Positions 51,248 to 61,508 of a stretch of DNA of 64,000 bases are shown in pieces (position 1 is the stretch's first letter; each line of letters opens with the position of its first letter). Under the pieces are notes generated by a model. That model was not told the origin of the DNA. It made no database searches and saw nothing but the letters and a program-made list of their open reading frames with translations. This DNA is from an uncultured delta proteobacterium (GTDB taxonomy: Bacteria > Desulfobacterota > Binatia > UBA9968): the NCBI GenBank assembly GCA_963847445.1, contig CAWJZV010000016.1, positions 34,814 to 98,813 on the forward strand, in the 5' to 3' direction. Made by a program: the position numbers and the translations under genes.

Positions 51248-52108
51248 TCACGGCAAACGCAGCTTGGGATCGAGCGCATCGCGCAGCGAATCGCCGAAAA
51301 TATTGAAGGCGAAGACCGCCAGGCTGATAGCCATCCCCGGAAACAACGCCATCCATGGCGCGCGCTCGGCGAACTCCACCGCGGCACCGCGCAGCATTAA
51401 ACCCCATGCCGCTGTCGGCTCGGCGACGCCCAAGCCGAGAAATGACAGCGAGGCTTCGAGCAGAATCGCCTGGCCCAAGAAGGCAGTCAGCATGATCAAA
51501 TAGGGCGCCATCACATTGGGCAGCATATGGCGAAATATAATCCGCCAATGGCCGGCGCCCAAGGTCAACGCCGCTTCGACGAACAGCATCTGGCGCAATG
51601 CCAGCGCGCTGCTGCGCACCACCAAGGCGGCGCGCGGGATCATCGGTATGGCGATCGCAAAGATAACGTTCCAGACGCCGCCGCCCAGGATCGCCACGAC
51701 CGTCAGCGCCAGGACGATCAACGGAAACGACAACAAGACATCCATGAAGCGCTGCATGACCAGATCGACGCGGCCGCCGAAGTAAGCGCAGCTCACGCCA
51801 AAGATCGCCCCCAGCGTCGTGCCGAAGAGCGACGCGCAAAAGCCCACCCACAGCGCCGTGCGCGAGCCGTAGAGCAGCCGCGACAAGACATCGCGGCCGA
51901 AGGAATCGGTGCCCAACCAGTGGGCCGCTCCCGGCGCTTGAAACATCGCGCCGTAGTCGTTATCGAGCGGATCGTAGGGTGCAACCAAGCCGGCGAACAG
52001 CGCCGCCAAGATCATCAAGAGAACGATGGCCGCGCCGGCCGCACCGAGGGGCCGCTTGACGGCAAAGGTACGGATCGCGGCAAGGCAAGTATCGAATTGG
52101 GCGCGCAT
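51248..52108 (-). CDS. peptide/nickel ABC transporter permease (DppC/OppC-like)
   Basis: HWLGTDSFGRDVLSR; FVEAALTLGA; LLEASLSFLGLG. Confidence 0.92.
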   Translation of the reverse strand: MRAQFDTCLAAIRTFAVKRPLGAAGAAIVLLMILAALFAGLVAPYDPLDNDYGAMFQAPGAAHWLGTDSFGRDVLSRLLYGSRTALWVGFCASLFGTTLGAIFGVSCAYFGGRVDLVMQRFMDVLLSFPLIVLALTVVAILGGGVWNVIFAIAIPMIPRAALVVRSSALALRQMLFVEAALTLGAGHWRIIFRHMLPNVMAPYLIMLTAFLGQAILLEASLSFLGLGVAEPTAAWGLMLRGAAVEFAERAPWMALFPGMAISLAVFAFNIFGDSLRDALDPKLRLP

Positions 52109-52122
52109 CGGTTCTGAGTCAA

Positions 52123-53076
52123 CTATTGATAACGAATGCGCGGATCGAGCCAGGCATAGAGCAGATCGATCAAGAAGTTCATGAAGATAAACGCGAAGGA
52201 CACCAACAGCACCAACGCTTGGGTCATCGTATAGTCGCGTCGGCTGATCGACTCGACGAACAGCATGCCGATGCCGTTTAGGTTAAACACCTGCTCGGTG
52301 ACGACCAACCCGCCGATCAGAAAGGCAAACTCCAAGCCGATCACGGTGACGATCGGCAACAAAGCATTGCGCAGCGCATGCTTCACCACCACGGCGCGCT
52401 CCCACAACCCTTTGGCGCGCGCTGTGCGCACGAAGTCCTCGCGCAGGACTTCCAAGACCGCGGAGCGCGTCATGCGCGTGGCCATGGCGGAATATCGGTA
52501 CCCCACCGCCAGCGCGGGCCAAAAGAGCTGGGTCAAATTGGCCCAGGGATCGGTGAAAAATGACGTGAAGGTCAGCGGCGGCATCCATTGGAAGACCAGG
52601 AGAAAACCGAGAATCATGACAATGCCCAACCAGAATGACGGCATCGCCAAGCCGCCGATGGCAAAGATGCGCACAAGGTAATCGATCCAAGTATCCTGCT
52701 TGAGGGCGGCCAAGGTACCGAAAGGAATCGCAATGAGCACCGCCACCAGCGTCGCCATCAGCGCCAATTGCAGGCTTAACTCAAGGCGAATTTTAATCTC
52801 GTCGGCGATCGCCCGCCCGGTCCACATCGAAGTGCCGAAATCGAGCCGGACAATTCCCCAAGTCCAGACAGCAAACTGCTGCCACAGCGGTTTGTCCAAA
52901 CCCAACTGCGCGCGTTCTCGCTCGATCGCCGCGCGCGGCGCGAAAGTTCCGCTACCGGCGTACTTGAGCTCGACCACATCCCCCGGCGCCACGCGCAGCA
53001 TCAAGAAAACCAATACTGCGACACCGAACAGCGTCGGGATCATTAGTAACAGGCGTTTGAGAATGTATAGGCTCAT
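52123..53076 (-). CDS. peptide/nickel ABC transporter permease (DppB/OppB-like)
   Basis: LGLDKPL; EDFVRTARAKGL; HALRNA; LDPRI. Confidence 0.92.
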   Translation of the reverse strand: MSLYILKRLLLMIPTLFGVAVLVFLMLRVAPGDVVELKYAGSGTFAPRAAIERERAQLGLDKPLWQQFAVWTWGIVRLDFGTSMWTGRAIADEIKIRLELSLQLALMATLVAVLIAIPFGTLAALKQDTWIDYLVRIFAIGGLAMPSFWLGIVMILGFLLVFQWMPPLTFTSFFTDPWANLTQLFWPALAVGYRYSAMATRMTRSAVLEVLREDFVRTARAKGLWERAVVVKHALRNALLPIVTVIGLEFAFLIGGLVVTEQVFNLNGIGMLFVESISRRDYTMTQALVLLVSFAFIFMNFLIDLLYAWLDPRIRYQ

Positions 53077-53200
53077 CTTCTAACCGGTCGAGGATAGAGA
53101 ATCGAGGATGGAGGATGGCGCACGGCTACCAGGCAAGTCTCGATCCTCTCTTTTCGATCCTCGATCTCCATCCTCAATCCTCGACCCGCCTTCACTCCCG

Positions 53201-54817
53201 CTACTGTCCCAGCCAGACATCGCGCAAATCCTGATTTACATAATGGCTCGGACCGATCTTCCAGCCCTTGAGCCGGTCATTGTGCGGCACGGTGCGTTGC
53301 CACCATAGGACCGGAAACTGATAGACTTGCTCGCCGAGAAGGCGCTTCTCGATCTGCCGCAACAGCGGTAGCCGATCTTTGCTATCGAGCATGCGGCTCT
53401 GTCTTTCGAAGAGCTCATCTACGACCGGGTCTTTGTAGCGCGCATAGTTGATCGGGCTCTTGTCGCTGCTCAGATACTTGACCAAATACAAATCCGGCTC
53501 GTCCATGAACTCACACATGAAATCGATACCGACGTCATAATTACCCTGGCGAAAGTCGTTGAAGTAGGGCCCGCCCTCTTGCGGCGTATGGGTGACGTTG
53601 AGACCGATCTTGCGCCACTGGTCGACGACGAACACGCCCGTGACTTCGTAGGGCTCGCGCACGTTGCGGTTCTTGAGCACGAAGGAGAAGCCGTCCGGCA
53701 CGCCGGCCTCTTTGAGCAAGCGCTTGGCTTCAGTGCGGGCGGCGTTGATATCCTTGCCGAAGCCCGGCAGTTTGGCGACTTCCGCCGCCGGCGTCGCGAA
53801 CTCAGAACCCGGACGGTACAGCCCGCCGATAAATTTCATCACCGAGATCTGCGCCAGCGCCTTGGAAGCCTCGTTGCGGTCGATGGCCAGATTGAGCGCC
53901 CGGCGCACCCGCGCATCGCTGAACGGTTTCTTCTCGTTGTTGAACACGACCATCAGGTTGCACGCCCAGGGACTCTCTTGTACCACGGCTTTGCTACCCA
54001 GCGATTTGACCACGTCGTCGCGCGCCGCCGGGTTGAAACCGCGGAACTCAACCATCACCTGGCCGCTGCGCACCGCCGCTACCCGCGGCGCGGTGTCGCG
54101 AATGAAGATCGCCCGGTAGCTGTCAAGATAGGGCCGGCCGGGAATATAATAGTTGGGATTTTTCTTACCGGTCCAGTGCGAGCCGGCGACATATTCGCCG
54201 AAAACGAAAGGGCCGGAGCCAAGAATATTTTTCTCGTACCAACGCGGATCTTTTTTCAACTTTTCGGCGCTGTAAATGAAATTCCACGGCGACGCCAGGT
54301 TGGCGAGGAACGACGCGGCGATATGCTTGAGCTTGAACACCACCGTCAGGTCATCCGGCGCTTCGATCTTGTCGACCATCGCGTAGGACGCCTTGCGCGC
54401 GCTGGCGACACCTTCGGCCGGAAAAATAATCTTGTCATAGGTCGCCTTGACATCCTGCGCAGTCAGCGCCGTGCCGTCGTGAAACTTGATGCCCTTGCGC
54501 AACTTGAAAGTGACGGTGAGACCGTCTTTGGACGCCGACCATTTCTCGGCGACATCGCCGACGATCTTGGGATAGTTGTGCGGATCGAAGCGCAACAACG
54601 TGCTGTAGTGCGGCGCGATCGGGTGGATCATGGCGAATGTGGTTTCGCGGTGGCCATCGAAGGACGGCGGCGTCTCGGCAACCGCAAAGACCAGCTCGCC
54701 ACCCGGCCGTGGCGTTTCCGCCGCCATTGCGGCCCAGGGCAAAACTAAAAGCAATGCCACAAGTGGCAGCCAACTTGCCGTCCGTCGCGACAGACAATGC
54801 GGATAAAAATGCTTCAT
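53201..54817 (-). CDS. ABC substrate-binding protein family 5 (DppA/OppA-like)
   Basis: GGELVFA; FKLRKGIKFHDG; GSGPF; KPFSDARVRRALNLAIDR. Confidence 0.92.
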   Translation of the reverse strand: MKHFYPHCLSRRTASWLPLVALLLVLPWAAMAAETPRPGGELVFAVAETPPSFDGHRETTFAMIHPIAPHYSTLLRFDPHNYPKIVGDVAEKWSASKDGLTVTFKLRKGIKFHDGTALTAQDVKATYDKIIFPAEGVASARKASYAMVDKIEAPDDLTVVFKLKHIAASFLANLASPWNFIYSAEKLKKDPRWYEKNILGSGPFVFGEYVAGSHWTGKKNPNYYIPGRPYLDSYRAIFIRDTAPRVAAVRSGQVMVEFRGFNPAARDDVVKSLGSKAVVQESPWACNLMVVFNNEKKPFSDARVRRALNLAIDRNEASKALAQISVMKFIGGLYRPGSEFATPAAEVAKLPGFGKDINAARTEAKRLLKEAGVPDGFSFVLKNRNVREPYEVTGVFVVDQWRKIGLNVTHTPQEGGPYFNDFRQGNYDVGIDFMCEFMDEPDLYLVKYLSSDKSPINYARYKDPVVDELFERQSRMLDSKDRLPLLRQIEKRLLGEQVYQFPVLWWQRTVPHNDRLKGWKIGPSHYVNQDLRDVWLGQ

Positions 54818-55333
54818 GAAACTCTCCTTGGAACGTTCGCTGCTAGCACCGACGTACGCGCCTGAAAGTACGGGATTCGACGGCGTAAAGTCAAGGTTGC
54901 TCTCGCGACGCCGGCTTGACGGCGCGCATTTGCATACCCTACTCTGCGCCAATGGCAATTGCCGCAGATCACTTAGTTCAAATTGGCCGCGCCTGCTGGC
55001 AGCGCTGGCGCGTTGAGCAAATCTTTGGGGACAAACCTCCACTCTTGCATACCGACGAGGCCGGGTTTCACACCCGACAATCCGAATCCCATCTGCATTG
55101 CTATCCGAACACTTGCGTGGTTGCGCCTTTTGCGTTCAGAGGTCTGCGGTTGATACTCTTCGCAGGCCGAAGGTCGGAAGTTGCTACTCTTTTTTCTTCC
55201 TTCGCGCCTGTGCGCTCTGTGGCGAGATGTTTCGTCGCCTCGGTTGCGGCTGTGCCGCGCTAGGTTCTTTGCGGCTAATTCTTCCGCTCGGATGCAATCG
55301 AGGCCCCGGCGAGTTACAATGCGACTTCGAACG

Positions 55334-56290
55334 ATGCGCGCCGAGATTAGCACCCTGGAAGAGACCTTGCCGCCGCTGCGCCGGCGCAAACTGGCACCAG
55401 CGCGCGTGATGACCGGCAATGAGCGCCGTCTGATGAATCCCAATCGGGGTTGGATCAAGCTTTGCGAGCGTTACGCCGACATGGTGATTTCCCGCTTCGT
55501 CTATCCGCTGCTCGGTAGAGTGTGGAATCCCTATAGCTGGCAGTTGGAACGGCGCTTCGAGCTTGCTGAAACGAAACTTTCTCCCGCCGACTGGCCCACC
55601 GGCCTGCCGCCGCTACGCGTCCTGCTGATCACGGATATTCACGCGGGGATTTTTCTCAATCCGCAAACTCTCTGGCGTATCGTCCACCAGTTGATGGAAA
55701 TAGTGCCCGATCTTGTCGTCGTTGGCGGCGATCTCGTCACCGGCCATGTCAGCGAGGCCGAGCGGATTCTTGACTGCTTGATCCCGCTGACCCGGGCGCG
55801 CTTAGGGGCATGGTACTGTATGGGCAATCACGACTACTTCGGCGGCGACCCCGAGGAGCTGCGCGAGAATCTCGCGTCAATCGGTATCCGCACATTGAGA
55901 AACGACAGCACAGTTATCCGCCATGGCGCCGGCAGTTTCGTCTTGGGCGGCATCGACGACCGGATCATGGGCCGGCCCGATTGGAATCGCCTGCTCGCAA
56001 AACATGGCCCGCCCGATCTGTTAATGGCGCATAACCCCGATCAGTTCTACGAAGCGGAAAAACTTGCCATTCCGCTGACTCTCTCCGGCCACACCCACGG
56101 CGGACAAATCCGCTTCCGCAATGGCCCGGCGATCATCCGCCAAAGCCGCTATTGCCTAGACGAAGGGCTCTATGCGTTCGGCAAATCCCAACTCGTCGTA
56201 TCGCGCGGCTTGGGCAGTGTGTTCCTGCCGATCCGCTGGGGCGCCGACGCCGAAGCGGTCATGATTGAAATCATCCCGCCGAAGCGATGA
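55334..56290 (+). CDS. metallophosphoesterase (YkuE-like); start uncertain
   Basis: TDIH, GGDLV, GNHD, AHNPD, SGHTHGGQ, SRGLG. Confidence 0.88.
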   Translation: MRAEISTLEETLPPLRRRKLAPARVMTGNERRLMNPNRGWIKLCERYADMVISRFVYPLLGRVWNPYSWQLERRFELAETKLSPADWPTGLPPLRVLLITDIHAGIFLNPQTLWRIVHQLMEIVPDLVVVGGDLVTGHVSEAERILDCLIPLTRARLGAWYCMGNHDYFGGDPEELRENLASIGIRTLRNDSTVIRHGAGSFVLGGIDDRIMGRPDWNRLLAKHGPPDLLMAHNPDQFYEAEKLAIPLTLSGHTHGGQIRFRNGPAIIRQSRYCLDEGLYAFGKSQLVVSRGLGSVFLPIRWGADAEAVMIEIIPPKR

Positions 56291-56394
56291 TCGTTATTTA
56301 ATCCTGAAGGATCGCGCGCCGCACGGCAACTCCATATTTGACTGCGGAATTCAGTTTGACATGCTGACGGGACCCACATTCTCTGTTTTGCCGC

Positions 56395-57375
56395 TTACTG
56401 AATACCCAGCTCCTTCTGCGCCTGGCGCAGATAACTCAGATCGATATATTTTTCCGGCGCCGGCACGGCGCCCTTGATGATGCCGTCTTGCACTTGCACG
56501 TCGATATTGATCTTCAAGCCGGCCAGCGTCACATCGCCGTTGTAGGGGTAAACTTTGGTCTTGGTGTAGTAGTCGATGCCGCGGCGGGCATAGACCGCTT
56601 GCAACCCGAACTCCTTGGTCAAAAATTCGGCGGCGTCCGCCGGATGATCATGCAACCAGCGCAGCGCTTGAATATGCGCCTTGATAAATTTCACCACGCT
56701 CGGGCGATTCTTCTCGGCCCAAGCCGGATTTATATTGATATTGTTGAATTGGTAGCTCGAAATCACCTCGGTGGTATCGCCCAGCTTGGTAAAACCCTTG
56801 TCGACGGCGATATCGGAAAACGGCAAGACCAACACGGCACCCGCCACCGCGCCGCTCTCGAGCGCGCTCAAGCGCGCTGGCGTTCCACCGGCGATCACCG
56901 ACATGGAAAAGTCGCGCGGATGAAGCAGTCCTTTTGTTCGCAAGTAGGCCACCAGAATTGACGTCGCGCCGCCGCTCAGGCTGTTCACGCCAATCCGTTG
57001 GCCTTTGAGATCCTCGATGCGCTTAATGTTTTTGGCGCCAATCAGCAGATACGGCGCCGCATTGCTCGACCCGGCGGCGACTTTCAAGTTGCCGCCGGTG
57101 CGCTCGTTCCAAATAATGATGTTGTCGGCGTTGATGTTGGCGAAGTGAAGCTCACCGGCTACCAAGGCTTGCAGCTGTATGTCGCTGCGGCCGATGCTGA
57201 CCAGATCCACCGCGATCCCTTCTTTGGCGTGAAAGCCTTTTTTCTGGGCGACGAAAAACGGCAGGTAGTTCAGATCCTTTGAGATGTAACCGGTTTTGAG
57301 GGCTTGCGCCGCTGCCGGACCTGTGACCGCGAGATAGAATCCGACCGCCAACGCAGCTACGACAAATTTTTTCAT
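56395..57375 (-). CDS. ABC substrate-binding protein, NMT1/THI5-like
   Basis: Signal peptide; PFFVAQKKGFHAKEGI; DLKGQRIGV. Confidence 0.85.
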   Translation of the reverse strand: MKKFVVAALAVGFYLAVTGPAAAQALKTGYISKDLNYLPFFVAQKKGFHAKEGIAVDLVSIGRSDIQLQALVAGELHFANINADNIIIWNERTGGNLKVAAGSSNAAPYLLIGAKNIKRIEDLKGQRIGVNSLSGGATSILVAYLRTKGLLHPRDFSMSVIAGGTPARLSALESGAVAGAVLVLPFSDIAVDKGFTKLGDTTEVISSYQFNNININPAWAEKNRPSVVKFIKAHIQALRWLHDHPADAAEFLTKEFGLQAVYARRGIDYYTKTKVYPYNGDVTLAGLKINIDVQVQDGIIKGAVPAPEKYIDLSYLRQAQKELGIQ

Positions 57376-57409
57376 GCTGTCCTCGGCTTTCCCGTGCTTT
57401 GGCGCGCCG

Positions 57410-58369
57410 TCACGACGCGCTCTTGGTGCGCCACTCTTTTCGCAATCGATCGCGCTCAGCCGGCTCCAAGTGGCCGAGCGCTTGCTCGACGATGTCCAAG
57501 CCGACCATTTTGTTCCAACCCTGAATCAAACGTTTGGTGATCGGCCCGGGAGTTTCTTTCGTCGGCCTGACGCCATTGATACTTTGCACCGGCAGGATCG
57601 TCGGACTGGTGCTGGCGAGAAACGCCTCTTCGGCGTTGTAGGCGTCGTAGGGGGTGAAATTGCCGTCGACGACTTCGATTTCCAAGTTCGCCGCCAGCTC
57701 GTACAACGCCTGCTTGGTGATGCCGTCAAGCACATTTTTGTTCGACGGCGTGCACAGCTTGCCGTCAAGGACGAGAAAAAAGTTGTGCGCGTTGGATTCG
57801 CTGATGTTGCCGTCGAGATCGAGCATCAGCGGGATCGCGTGGGGATCGACCTGGCGCGCTTCGAAGATCGCCATGTTGTGATTCATTTTGTTGTTGATCT
57901 TCGCCTTGGGCTCCAGACACTGCGGCGGTATCCGTCGGGTCGACGGAATGACCAGTTTCACGCCGTCGAGATAATCCCGCGCGAATTCTTCGAAGCCGAT
58001 GGTAATACAGTAAATCGCCACCGTCGCCTTGCCGAGCGCATGATTGCCGCGCGATGTGCGCATGCCGCGGCTCACCACCTGCCAGATCGCCACCTCGTCG
58101 TCTTTGCCAAGAGATGGCCGGTTGCGTTCGAGCACTTCGAGGGTCGCCGCTTCCATCTGCTCCAAGGTCAAACCGCAGTCGATGCGCGTGTAACGCAGCG
58201 AGCGGAACAGCCGCGCCGTATGATCGCGCAGGCGAAAGGGCCGATGCGCAAATGTCCGGGTAACATCGTAAACCCCGTCGCCGGCATTGAAACCGGAGTC
58301 GAGCACCGAAACTTTCGCTTCGCTCTCCGCCACGAAAGCGCCGTTGAGATAAATGATCTTCTCGGTCAT
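57410..58369 (-). CDS. PLP-dependent aminotransferase class IV (IlvE/D-amino acid-like)
   Basis: Own RBS (GGAGGG) and ATG 58369; YLNGAFV...VSVLDSGFNAGDGVYD; LDGIT; AEEAFLAST. Confidence 0.88.
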   Translation of the reverse strand: MTEKIIYLNGAFVAESEAKVSVLDSGFNAGDGVYDVTRTFAHRPFRLRDHTARLFRSLRYTRIDCGLTLEQMEAATLEVLERNRPSLGKDDEVAIWQVVSRGMRTSRGNHALGKATVAIYCITIGFEEFARDYLDGVKLVIPSTRRIPPQCLEPKAKINNKMNHNMAIFEARQVDPHAIPLMLDLDGNISESNAHNFFLVLDGKLCTPSNKNVLDGITKQALYELAANLEIEVVDGNFTPYDAYNAEEAFLASTSPTILPVQSINGVRPTKETPGPITKRLIQGWNKMVGLDIVEQALGHLEPAERDRLRKEWRTKSAS

Positions 58370-58523
58370 GAGATCCCTCCTTCTTGTCCTGCGCGTTAAG
58401 CCGACCGGATTATTCCTAGATCCAAGCTCGATTACAACCCGAGTGCCATTTGCCGAACATTCTGTTGCATTGCGCTCAGTTTGCCATTTTGAAACCGGCA
58501 ATCTGGAAAGTTGCAGGCGCGTA

Positions 58524-59937
58524 TTAGGCGGCTTCTCAGAGCCGCGCATCGCCGAAGTGGCGATCGCCACCAGCGTCAAGACGATCGCCGCGACGAAGGT
58601 CAGATTGAGGGCGGCGACAAAGCCCTGAGCATTGTCGGTCGTCAGGCTGGTCGTCTTCACGCCGGTGTACTGCTCGAAGGCCAGGGACATGCACAGCCCA
58701 CCCAAAGCCACGCCGAAGACACTGCCAAAACCGAAGGTCACATGATTGATCGCCGAGGCGAAGCCGCGGTGTTCCTTCGGCATCATGGCGATCATCGCCG
58801 TCGAATTGGCTGGATTAAAAACGCCGTTGGTGATGGCGCCCACGACCACCAGTAGAGTCGGCAAAAGCCAATGGGAGTCCACGCGCAGCAGCCCGCCAAT
58901 GCCGAGGGAGATCACCATGAAAACCACCCCGACCGTGGCGGGAATGCGCGGGCCGAGACGGTCGGCCAGATAGCCGCTCAGCGGCGCCAACGCCACGGTT
59001 AGAATCGACGGCGCCATGAACAGCAGGCCGACCTTGGTCGGCGACAGATGCAAAATATCCTGCAGGTAAAACGGCAGGAGAAATCCGGTCAGCGAATAGC
59101 ACATGGCGACGATCAGCAAGCTGATGACGCTAAAACTGAAGCGGCGAATCTTGAACAGCTGTAAATTGACGAACGGGATTTTTCGCGCGCGACTCATGGA
59201 CGAGAAAGCCGACTAGGGACAAGAAGAAGGTGACGAGCAGAACCAGCCGCAGCGAATCTCCCACCGCCTCCTGGGTGCGCCGGTCGAAGATGAACACCAA
59301 CGTGCTGGTGATCGCGAATAGCAGCGCCGCGCCCAAGTAATCGACGGTGCCACTCTTATGTTGGCCGATCGCCGTGCGCCCGCGTCTCATATTGGCCAAC
59401 GCCAACAGCGTGCCGCCAAAGCCCACCGGCGCAAGCAGGAAAAAACTCCAGCGCCAGCTGAAATAATCGATCATCACCCCGCCGATACCGGGACCCAAGA
59501 TAAAGCCGACATGGTGCGCCGTGGTCATGAATCCCTGCGCCCTACCGGCGAGGTCCTCGCTCACCGACTCCGCCGCCAACGCCCGGCTCGACGACTGCAA
59601 CATCGCCCCGCCGACGCCTTGAATGAAACGCGCGGCGATCAATTGCAAAACCGTCTGGGAAAAACCGCAAAGCAAGGAACTGATGGCGAAGACCAAAAAG
59701 CCCAGGGCGAACATCTTCTCCCGCCCCCAAATATCCGAAATCCGCCCGAACACCACCGACAGGCCGATGTTCGAAAGCTGATACGACAGCAACGCCCAAG
59801 AAATCCCGAGCAAGTCCGTGCCCAGGCTCTGCGCCACCGTCGGCATGGAGATCGAAACGATGCGCGTCGCCGTGCCGGAAAAGAACGTGCCGAGATAGTG
59901 CGGTGGCGAGAAGCAGATAATTGATGCGCGATTCCAT
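58524..59937 (-). CDS. MFS transporter, EmrB/QacA-like (frameshifts ~59895, ~59180, ~58530)
   Basis: GRISDIWGREK; ARFIQGVGG; GFILGPGIGG; GYLADRLG. Confidence 0.85.
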
Positions 59938-60418
59938 GGTAGTGCGATTCTCACAAACGAATTTCTGAGTAATAGCGCCGAACCATCGATGGAGCAAACC
60001 TCAGCAGGGATTTGGCGACAAAATCGCGGATGCTCGGATCCGCGACAAAAACTTTAGTGCGGCGTGACTACAGCCACGGCGGGAAGTCGTTGCACTGAGG
60101 ACAGAGAGATCGCACGGTGGAAGATTCGAATTTGGACCATTAACCGCAGCGCGCACAAGACGCGCAGGAGGACCACTCGCCTTAACCGCGGAGCTCATCG
60201 AGGCCGTCGAGAAGTCGAATCATTCCTCGCGCCTGCATGAAGGGCGACTACATTCACGCTTAGCGCCGTAGGATGGGTTGAGCATAGCGATACCCATCGC
60301 TTTCTCCGTAGCGCACAGCAAGCCGAGAATTTTTCGATCCCAAACACCCTCATTCCTTGCCCTCTCCCACTTCGTGGAACGAGGGAATCGAAAAATTAGT
60401 TTTGACTTCTGACCTCTG

Positions 60419-61411
60419 TCACTTGATCAACTTGCTCGCCCGCGCCAGCACCTCCGGCGCAATCGTCACGCCGATCTGCTTCGCCGTCTTTAAATTGATC
60501 ACCAACTCGAACTTCATCGGCTGCTCCACCGGCAGATCGGCGGGCTTGGCGCCTTTCAAAATTCTGTCCACGTAATATGCGACGCGGTGGTAGCTATCGG
60601 CGAGGTCCGCCCCGTAGTACATGAGCCCACCGGCATCTACAGATTCTCTGTAACTGTACACCGACGGCAACCGGCTCTCTAACGCAATCCCCGCGATCCG
60701 TTTTTGGTTTGCATTCATTAGCGGGCTGCTGATCACGTAGAGTCCATCTAGGCGCTCCTTACTCAGCGCAGCGAATAACCTCTCCAAATCGTCCGCAGCT
60801 CGTACTTCCAAAGGCCGAACAGTCAACCCCAGCGCGCGCGCCGGGACCGGGAGACGCTCTTTCACCTCGTGTACGTGGGACGGAAGGGCCGGATCGTAGA
60901 GAACCGCGACACGGGTAACTTTGGGGACGGCTTCTTTGAGCAGCTCCAGCCGCTTCCCACCTAATTCCCTGGAAAGGAGAGTAAAGCCGGTGACGTTGCC
61001 GCCGGGACGGGCCAAGCTATCAACTAGACCTGCCGTGACAGGATCGGTGGCACCGCCCGTCATAACGATGGGAATCGTCTTGGTCGCATTGATGGCCGCC
61101 CGGATCGGTATATCCCCTCCTGCTACCAAGATGATATCAACCTTGAGCCGCACCAGCTCCGCCGCAAGCTCAGGATGCCGATCGAGCTTCCCCTCCGCAT
61201 ATCGGAATTCGGTGGCAATGTTCTGTCCTTCAATGTAGCCACGCTCGCGCAGAGCCAGCCGAATTGCCTCGGCACGGGCGGACTCAGTAGCCGGATCGGA
61301 CGACGATAGATACCCTAGCCGCGCGACTTTCTTCGGCTGCTGCGCCGGAGCTGGTAAGGGAAGAGCCAGGAGCATCGAGCAAAAAGCTCGCCGAGTGATT
61401 TTTTTGTGCAT
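60419..61411 (-). CDS. ABC_sub_bind family substrate-binding protein
   Basis: GYIEGQNI, LAAELVRLKVD, SLARPGGNVTG, ILKGAKPADLPVEQP.KFELVINLKTA. Confidence 0.9.
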   Translation of the reverse strand: MHKKITRRAFCSMLLALPLPAPAQQPKKVARLGYLSSSDPATESARAEAIRLALRERGYIEGQNIATEFRYAEGKLDRHPELAAELVRLKVDIILVAGGDIPIRAAINATKTIPIVMTGGATDPVTAGLVDSLARPGGNVTGFTLLSRELGGKRLELLKEAVPKVTRVAVLYDPALPSHVHEVKERLPVPARALGLTVRPLEVRAADDLERLFAALSKERLDGLYVISSPLMNANQKRIAGIALESRLPSVYSYRESVDAGGLMYYGADLADSYHRVAYYVDRILKGAKPADLPVEQPMKFELVINLKTAKQIGVTIAPEVLARASKLIK

Positions 61412-61508
61412 GGAGTTTCCCGCGATTGTCTTGCCCTCACCCCGGCGGCCTCTCCCACTTCGTGAGCGAGGGAGCAATTCACAGGGCGCTCTTCGTTTGC
61501 AATCCACT

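Noticed and set aside
53579-58399. Long antisense ORFs (e.g. 53579-54748, 57374-58399) as overlapping genes
   Set aside because: They are shadow ORFs expected from high-GC codon bias opposite well-supported genes, and they have no motifs.
57410-59197. Apparent MFS-aminotransferase IV fusion (595-aa ORF)
   Set aside because: The linker is not protein-like, a one-base correction near 58530 gives SEKAA-stop, and the aminotransferase has its own RBS and ATG at 58369.
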